A stretch of DNA of 32,000 bases from Candidatus Midichloria mitochondrii IricVA (lineage in GTDB: Bacteria; Pseudomonadota; Alphaproteobacteria; Rickettsiales; Midichloriaceae), in contig NC_015722.1 in NCBI RefSeq assembly GCF_000219355.1, positions 540,001-572,000 of the forward strand, given 5' to 3'. Of the stretch, positions 26,738-32,000 are shown one piece after another. Every line of letters begins with the position of its first letter. Position 1 is the first letter of the stretch. The position numbers and the translations under genes were made by a program. Below the pieces are notes generated by a model, which searched no databases, was not told where the DNA came from, and worked only from the letters and a program-made list of their open reading frames with translations.

Positions 26738-27217
26738 TTAAACTTTTTTTACAAATAAACACATGAACGCTCCTACTACGATGGCTGAGTCTGCAATATT
26801 AAAAGTGGGATAATGCCAACCAAACGCGTGAAAATCTATAAAATCAAGGACTGCTCCATAATTAGTTCTATCAATTATGTTGCTAACTGCGCCGCTTATT
26901 ATTAATGCTATAGGCAAAACCAATTGAGAATCTTTAGTTTTTTGATACCAAAAAATTAACAAAATGATTATAAAGATAGCCAGCGTTGAAAGAATAATCT
27001 GGCCTTGTTCTATATCATTTAACATTCCAAAACTAATTCCATAATTCCAAACCAATACTAAATTAAGGAAGGGAAAAACTTTTATTATCTCTTCATGTGA
27101 AGAAAAATAACTATATATTGCGTACTTTGTTATCTGGTCTAAAAATAAAATTAATGTTATAAAAAACAAAAATCTTTGTGTTTCAGGTTTTAGCAATATT
27201 TTTTTCATGACAAACAA
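26738..27217 (-). CDS. lspA: Lipoprotein signal peptidase (signal peptidase II)
   Basis: 159 aa, 4 TM. NYGISFGML and VLDFIDFHAFGWHYPTFNIADSAIVVGA contain the conserved Asn/Asp catalytic blocks of LspA. Confidence 0.92.
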   Translation of the reverse strand: MFVMKKILLKPETQRFLFFITLILFLDQITKYAIYSYFSSHEEIIKVFPFLNLVLVWNYGISFGMLNDIEQGQIILSTLAIFIIILLIFWYQKTKDSQLVLPIALIISGAVSNIIDRTNYGAVLDFIDFHAFGWHYPTFNIADSAIVVGAFMCLFVKKV

Positions 27218-27681
27218 TACATTATTACTTTCTCTTTATCTAAACTCTCTTTCTCGCATTTATTTATTATATTAATAACCTTTTCTGCTTTTTTTAAAAT
27301 TCTTTCAGAAGCCAGGTAGTGCGGGATGGATGTTTTTACAATAGTGTAAGCACATCTAATTAAATTAATCTTTAATATTTCCCAAGCATCTTTATTATCA
27401 CAAGCAAACCGAACTATCTCACTAACGCAACTTTTATCATTTGTCAAAAAACAATTTTCTATTTTTTTGATAATTTCTATTGCATTTTCCTTATAAATTT
27501 TTATAGCTGCACCTATATCGTAATTTGCGGCCTCTAATAAAAATTTATAATCTAAGTGCTCATCATCAATATAGGCTTTTAGTATATTGATTAATTCGGT
27601 CTCGTCTGGTTTATTAAATTTAATATTTATACACCTTGAACGAATGGTTGGAATAATACTACTTATTGAATTAGTAATTAA
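27205..27681 (-). CDS. holB: DNA polymerase III delta-prime subunit, C-terminal part (frame open 27693-27205, no start codon of its own)
   Basis: My translation from 27681: LITNSISSIIPTIRSRCINIKFNKPDETELINILKAY...AANYDIGAAIKIYKENA...(track ORF 27205-27447). [IL]-x-x-T-I-x-S-R-C is the sensor-1/SRC motif of clamp-loader subunits. It continues directly from ...EEPGNKTIIF of the upstream fragment. Confidence 0.8.
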   Translation of the reverse strand, partial: LITNSISSIIPTIRSRCINIKFNKPDETELINILKAYIDDEHLDYKFLLEAANYDIGAAIKIYKENAIEIIKKIENCFLTNDKSCVSEIVRFACDNKDAWEILKINLIRCAYTIVKTSIPHYLASERILKKAEKVINIINKCEKESLDKEKVIMYCLS

Positions 27682-28103
27682 AAAATTATTGTCTTATTTC
27701 CTGGCTCTTCTAAAATTTTCAAAAGAGCGTTAGCAGCACTGTAATTCATATACTCTACGCCGTCTACGATTCCAATTCGGTAAGAATTATTGGCCGAAGT
27801 AAATCTTAAAAATGATTCCAGCTCCTGAATCTCGTTTATATTAATACTACTATGCTTTTTATTTTCTGTCGTAGATTGGATAACCATTAAATCAGGACTA
27901 GCTTGCCTTGACTTATTATTTAATAATGTTTTAGAAAACTCTACCGCTAATAGATATTTACCTATACCTTTTGGGCCGCTGAGGATATAAGAGTGCGATA
28001 ATTTATTATTTTGAAAGGCATTAATAAGTATTTTTTTGCCCTTTTCATGACCTATAACATTTGCTAGAAGTTGGATATTCATATTTGGATTATTAATAAA
28101 CAC
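27678..28103 (-). CDS. holB: DNA polymerase III delta-prime subunit, N-terminal part (ends at a premature TAA caused by a frameshift)
   Basis: 141 aa. IGHEKGKKILINAFQNNKLSHSYILSGPKGIGKYLLAVEFSKTLL (AAA+ P-loop-like region of HolB). GIVDGVEYMNYSAANALLKILEEP (Walker B / LLK-x-LEEP block). Confidence 0.85.
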   Translation of the reverse strand: MFINNPNMNIQLLANVIGHEKGKKILINAFQNNKLSHSYILSGPKGIGKYLLAVEFSKTLLNNKSRQASPDLMVIQSTTENKKHSSININEIQELESFLRFTSANNSYRIGIVDGVEYMNYSAANALLKILEEPGNKTIIF

Positions 28104-28167
28104 ACACTGTTAGATTATCATATAGCGAGAATTTACCATATAGCATAGTTATAATAAAATATTATTT

Positions 28168-28624
28168 AACCCCAGTTTGAGGTAAGTTTTAAAGAAATTA
28201 TCTGATATGGTTTTAAAGAAGCTGTGTAACCATTAAGTTTCTCTCAATTTCACGATAAATAAGAAAAGTGGTTCCCCTAGTAGAAATATTTTGTTTGATT
28301 GATGATTTTTGCAAGCGACAACTCACGTACCAAAGATCCTTAAGAAACTCGCAGAGACAAAGGGAACGAGAGTCTGGGATGATGCTTTCCGAAGTTATAA
28401 CGATCCTCGTTTTGTTTCATTTGAGGGCATTACCGGATTCAAAGATTTTTACCTAAACTGTGTTCAAATCTCTCCCAGAGAGGAATTGCCGAAGCTTATC
28501 AGCTACAATCGCTTTGTTGAGCTGGATGCGAGACGCGGTCATTCCGTTGGTCATTCTGCTGAATTGCTGCAAAGGGAAACAAACAGGTACGTTGACTCAA
28601 CAAAAAGCTGGAAGGTTTGTCATA
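28168..28624 (+). mobile_element. IS982-family copy B: 5' 457 bp only, truncated where copy C begins
   Basis: It starts with the transposase-proximal IS end AACCCCAGTTTGAGGTAAG (28168-). It is collinear with the reverse complement of copy A (3196 down to about 2735) and encodes MVPLVEIFCLIDDFCK... (track ORFs 28268-28456, 28309-28674). Homology ends at ...GGTTTGTCATAA (about 28624/5), exactly where the other IS end AACCTCAGTTTGACGTAAGG of copy C starts. Confidence 0.8.
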
Positions 28625-29565
28625 AACCTCAGTTTGACGTAAGGAGTATGCCCGTGAGCCTATTTTTCCAATGAGATATATTTGGGTTTGGAGACATAAG
28701 CCAAGAACCCCGAGAAAGGGGTCTGCCAAGAAATTGTTTGGCGAGCGATGCCGTGGCGCTGGATTTGGCAAATCTCTTTCAATTGTCCGATGGCTGTTTC
28801 AATCAATTCACGCCCTGCAAGAAGCAGTTGTTTAAAAGCCGCAAGCTGGTTTTGTTTTTCTTAAGCCGTGTGATGAGCTCAATACCTTGATTGCTCAGTG
28901 TTTTTGCTTATATACCACCGATCTCCGAATAGAAGGCCTGTCAAATATTGAGTCAGTTTTTCGACAACGGCTCGATCATCTGTATTACCCGAAGTCAGTG
29001 TGAATGACATAATCTCTCCTTGATCATTGAGGCCAAAGAACCATCCGGGTCGACGTTTTCCCACGCTGAGCGATGCCTTTAAGGACCTTATTACGGCTAA
29101 TACATAAGTTATGACAAACCTTTCCAGCTTTTTGTTGAGTCAACGTACCTGTTTGTTTCCCTTTGCAGCAATTCAGCAGAATGACCAACGGGATGACCGC
29201 GTCTCGCATCAGCTCAACAAAGCGATTGTAGCTGATAAGCTTTGGCAATTCCTCTCTGAGAGAGATTTGAACACAGTTTAGGTAAAAATCTTTGATCCGG
29301 TAATGCCCTCAAATGAAACAAAACGAGGATCGTTATAACTTCGGAAAGCATCATCCCAGACTCTCGTTCCCTTTGTCTCTGCGAGTTTCTTAAGGATCTT
29401 CGATGCATGAGTTGTTGCTTGCAAAAATCATCAATCAAACAAAATATTTCTACTAGGGGAACCACTTTTCCTATTTATCGTGAAATTGAGAAGAACCTAA
29501 TGGTTACACAGCTTCTTTGAAGCCATATCAGATAATTTCTTTAAAACTTACCTCAAACTGGGGTT
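28625..29565 (-). mobile_element. IS982-family copy C, full length (about 941 bp), degenerate transposase
   Basis: Ends: AACCTCAGTTTGACGTAAG (28625-) and CTTACCTCAAACTGGGGTT (29547-29565). Collinear with copy A over its whole length. Transposase fragments lie in several frames (track ORFs 28879-29064, 29024-29248, 29214-29465). Confidence 0.85.
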
Positions 29566-29644
29566 ATACTAGAGGTAACAGAATCACGATTTAAGTACTG
29601 TACAACCAGAGGGGCAAATAGCAACTTCAAATATAAAAATGATC

Positions 29645-29995
29645 TTAAATATTTTTCAAAAACTCTCCACTCGGTTTGTCATTTACATAGTCAACCATAG
29701 CTTTGTATTGCAATACTTGATCGATTTGGTTCTCAATAAAAATTCTAGCTGCTGGCTCAGCAAGTATTATCTTTCTTATTGTTTTTAATGATTCTATTAC
29801 ACTTTTGCCAGCTTCAACTTCATCTTTAAAACCATTAGATATCTCTTCATAAAGAATTTCCAATGCCTTATCACTCTCTTTTCCATCAGGAATTAAAATA
29901 TATTTTAAGAAAAACGTTCCCCCTTCTTCACTAGTTGAGAAGATACTTAAAATATTTATGAAAGCGTTTTCGAGTGCATAATTTTCGTTTGTCAT
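29645..29995 (-). CDS. Hypothetical small acidic protein (116 aa), translationally coupled to the upstream membrane-protein gene
   Basis: Track ORF. Its ATG (29995-29993) overlaps the TGA (29994-29992) of the 406-aa ORF (ATGA). By my count there are 14 Glu + 6 Asp versus 12 Lys/Arg. No hydrophobic segment and no motif I recognise. Confidence 0.55.
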   Translation of the reverse strand: MTNENYALENAFINILSIFSTSEEGGTFFLKYILIPDGKESDKALEILYEEISNGFKDEVEAGKSVIESLKTIRKIILAEPAARIFIENQIDQVLQYKAMVDYVNDKPSGEFLKNI

Positions 29996-31212
29996 TTCGT
30001 CCCATTATAAATTGTATTTAAAACTTGATTAGTACTCTTCCCAATATGCTCTCTCATAGCAATACCACACTGCAGTGCACATCTAGTGATTGTAGAAGCC
30101 ACGGTGGGCCCAGCTACATTCAATTTATCTATCATGTCTACAACGCTAGAGTGGTCGTCCAATGATAACTTCTTCATCTGTAATCTTAAAAAATCATGCT
30201 TTTTTAAAGGAGCATTCGTCGCAAAACTACTTATTCCTTCCTTTTCTTTTAAACTTTTATTCATTGATTCTACTTCTTTAGCATAATTTTGGTATACATA
30301 CCTGAGACCATTAACTACGTCTTGGGCAGAAGCAGAAGAAGACAATGTATTAATAATAGTTTGTTGAACGCTATCGCTCCTTGTATGTATCTTAAGCGTT
30401 TCTTTATTAGTTTCTAATTTAGTGGTATCTCCCATTAAGAAACCCATCAACCCAATTAAAGCCGAGCTGATAACAAAGCAGCAAACTTCCATTCCGATGC
30501 GAAATGGGACTACTACTGCATTAACTACATAACTTGCCCCATACAAAATTGTTGCAACGGTAGGTAAAGACCCAGTCTCCATTTTATATTCTGTTATTGC
30601 AAAGGATTTCTGAACAACTGCTCCAATAAAAAAACCTAAATTATAAAACCCTACTTGAGTTAACACTACGGTGGACTTGAGCCCAGATTCTAAGTAATTC
30701 GCAGATTTTAATGCCTTATAAGATATACTTTTGTTATCTTGCAGTATTTTTTGTCTAGTAACTCTATTTGCATACCCAGAAGCAGAAACATCCCCATAAT
30801 CAGTTATAAAATTAGCTGGATTTTCTGTTTGTAAAATCCTTAAATCTCTAGCTTCAATATCTTGATAAGCTTTAATATAAGTATCTTTAACTCCTTTAAT
30901 TATTCCAGTCGTTACAGCCATGGATTCTCTGACTTTTAATCTAGATAATATATCTTTGGTTTTAACTTCCCTTATTTTTTCTTCAGTATTGGCTTGCTTA
31001 GCCTGTAATTCTTTTTTAGAAACATGTACCATACCGCCAATAACACCGGCTACAAATGGGTTTAAGGTATTACCCGTAACATCAACTAAGCTACGGGTAG
31101 ATGATACCAATGCGGCTCCTACAAAGTATGCAGCCCCCACTCCATAAAAACTTTTACTGGCAACAGAGCTGTGAGCCTGTTGTTGAATTAAATTAGTTCC
31201 CTCATCATTCAT
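29992..31212 (-). CDS. Hypothetical membrane protein (406 aa) with paired hydrophobic segments and Gly-rich small-residue helices
   Basis: Track ORF. Hydrophobic segments: FYGVGAAYFVGAALV, PFVAGVIGGMVHV, VVLTQVGFYNLGFFIGAVV, LPTVATILYGASYVVNAVVVPF, VCCFVISSALIGLMGFLMG. A charged, coiled-coil-like linker (KKELQAKQANTEEKIREVKTKD) and a roughly 140-aa hydrophilic C-terminal region. No family recognised. Confidence 0.6.
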   Translation of the reverse strand: MNDEGTNLIQQQAHSSVASKSFYGVGAAYFVGAALVSSTRSLVDVTGNTLNPFVAGVIGGMVHVSKKELQAKQANTEEKIREVKTKDILSRLKVRESMAVTTGIIKGVKDTYIKAYQDIEARDLRILQTENPANFITDYGDVSASGYANRVTRQKILQDNKSISYKALKSANYLESGLKSTVVLTQVGFYNLGFFIGAVVQKSFAITEYKMETGSLPTVATILYGASYVVNAVVVPFRIGMEVCCFVISSALIGLMGFLMGDTTKLETNKETLKIHTRSDSVQQTIINTLSSSASAQDVVNGLRYVYQNYAKEVESMNKSLKEKEGISSFATNAPLKKHDFLRLQMKKLSLDDHSSVVDMIDKLNVAGPTVASTITRCALQCGIAMREHIGKSTNQVLNTIYNGTK

Positions 31213-31245
31213 AATTTTTTTGAAATATAAAACAACTACTCAATG

Positions 31246-32000
31246 CTAACATTTTATATTTGCTTTTGAAAATATATTTTTGATTTCATTTTCAATAATG
31301 GATAAATCCCGGGCAGATTTTTCATTGAAACTTAAACGATTTTTATATTCCTTGTAGGTTCCATTTATTGCGGTAAATGCTATGAAATCTATATAATGCC
31401 CCCTTAGCTCCGTATATATGCCTAAAGGAGTTTTGCAATCTCCTCCTATAACCTTTAAAAAGGCTCTTTCAATTACCGCTTGTATATAAGTTTCTCTGTG
31501 ATTTATTTTTTCTAATATACTACAAATAAATTCATCTTCTTCTCCGACTTCGGCACAAATTATACCCTGTGCAACGGCTGGAATAAACAAAGTTGGTGAT
31601 AAGATTTCTTTTATCAAATGCTCTTGATTAACTCTTTTTAAGCCGGCAACTGCAAGAATGATAGCGTCAATTTCTCCATTATTTAACTTATCAATTCTAG
31701 TAAGTACATTACCTCGCAAACCTTTGATATCAATCTTATTATTGATATTATGAGCTAGAACCTTTCTACGTCCAGAACAAGTGCCAAGCGTGGCACCTTT
31801 AGGCATTTCTGATAACTTGTCATACTTAAGAGAAATAAACGCATCAGCACAGTCTTCCCTAGGCAAGACACACCCTATTTTTAAGCCCGGTGGTAGATCT
31901 ACTGGCATATCCTTCATCGAATGGACAGCAATATCTATTCTTTTGTCTAATAAAGCTTCTTCTATTTCTTTTATAAATAAAGACTTTCCACCTATGTCGA
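31246..32000 (-). CDS. hemC: Porphobilinogen deaminase (hydroxymethylbilane synthase), 5' end beyond the right edge
   Basis: The frame is open from 32000: ...DIGGKSLFIKEIEEALLDKRIDIAVHSMKDMPVDLPPGL...GTCSGRRKVL...LRGNVLTRIDKL..GEIDAIILAVAGLKR...ERAFLKVIGGDCKTPLG. These are canonical HemC blocks, including the dipyrromethane-cofactor Cys region (GGDCKTP). The track ORF starts at an internal Met. Confidence 0.92.
   Translation of the reverse strand, partial: DIGGKSLFIKEIEEALLDKRIDIAVHSMKDMPVDLPPGLKIGCVLPREDCADAFISLKYDKLSEMPKGATLGTCSGRRKVLAHNINNKIDIKGLRGNVLTRIDKLNNGEIDAIILAVAGLKRVNQEHLIKEILSPTLFIPAVAQGIICAEVGEEDEFICSILEKINHRETYIQAVIERAFLKVIGGDCKTPLGIYTELRGHYIDFIAFTAINGTYKEYKNRLSFNEKSARDLSIIENEIKNIFSKANIKC

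Noticed and set aside
2245-29565. IS copies A and C (direct repeats) as the arms of a 27-kb composite transposon or genomic island
   Set aside because: The intervening DNA is core housekeeping (rpsA, cmk, mutS, rsmA, lptD, lspA, holB). The transposases are all defective and no flanking target duplication is visible. They are more likely independent insertions or rearrangement scars.
1-32000. CRISPR arrays, rRNA genes, prophage or known defence-system signatures (restriction-modification, toxin-antitoxin, Cas, retrons)
   Set aside because: No regularly spaced direct repeats and no rRNA-like conserved blocks were seen. The only nuclease-like gene is the conserved single-HKD pld, with no partner genes. 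Nothing in the sequence supports such calls.

Overview
AT-rich, gene-dense chromosomal segment. Its gene content (rpsA-cmk-pccA, ProP-type MFS carriers, a HAAAP amino-acid permease, lptD-surA, rsmA, mutS, carD, a small single-HKD phospholipase D, lspA, holB, a PrtD/HlyD-type type I secretion pair, hemC) looks like an obligate-intracellular alphaproteobacterium of the Rickettsiales. That placement is an inference from gene content, not a database result. Four things sit on this housekeeping backbone. (1) A 1039-aa flagellin-family gene lies alone between mutS and carD. Its roughly 770-aa insert appears to sit before, not after, the D1 beta-hairpin motif. (2) There are three degenerate IS982-family copies: one full copy at 2.2-3.2 kb, plus a truncated copy abutting an inverted full copy at 28.2-29.6 kb. 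There is also a roughly 340-bp internally deleted IS1-family remnant. (3) Single-nucleotide frameshifts at A/T homopolymers interrupt otherwise well-conserved genes (holB, lptD, probably the N-terminus of an MFS gene). An in-frame-eroded ilvE-like gene and an FG-GAP repeat pseudogene are also present. (4) An orphan, translationally coupled pair (406-aa multi-hydrophobic-segment protein plus 116-aa acidic protein) lies next to the IS scar. I saw no CRISPR array, rRNA or recognisable defence system. The most unusual items are the flagellin architecture, the orphan pair and the homopolymer frameshifts. All functional calls rest on motif recognition by eye and need database or structure confirmation.
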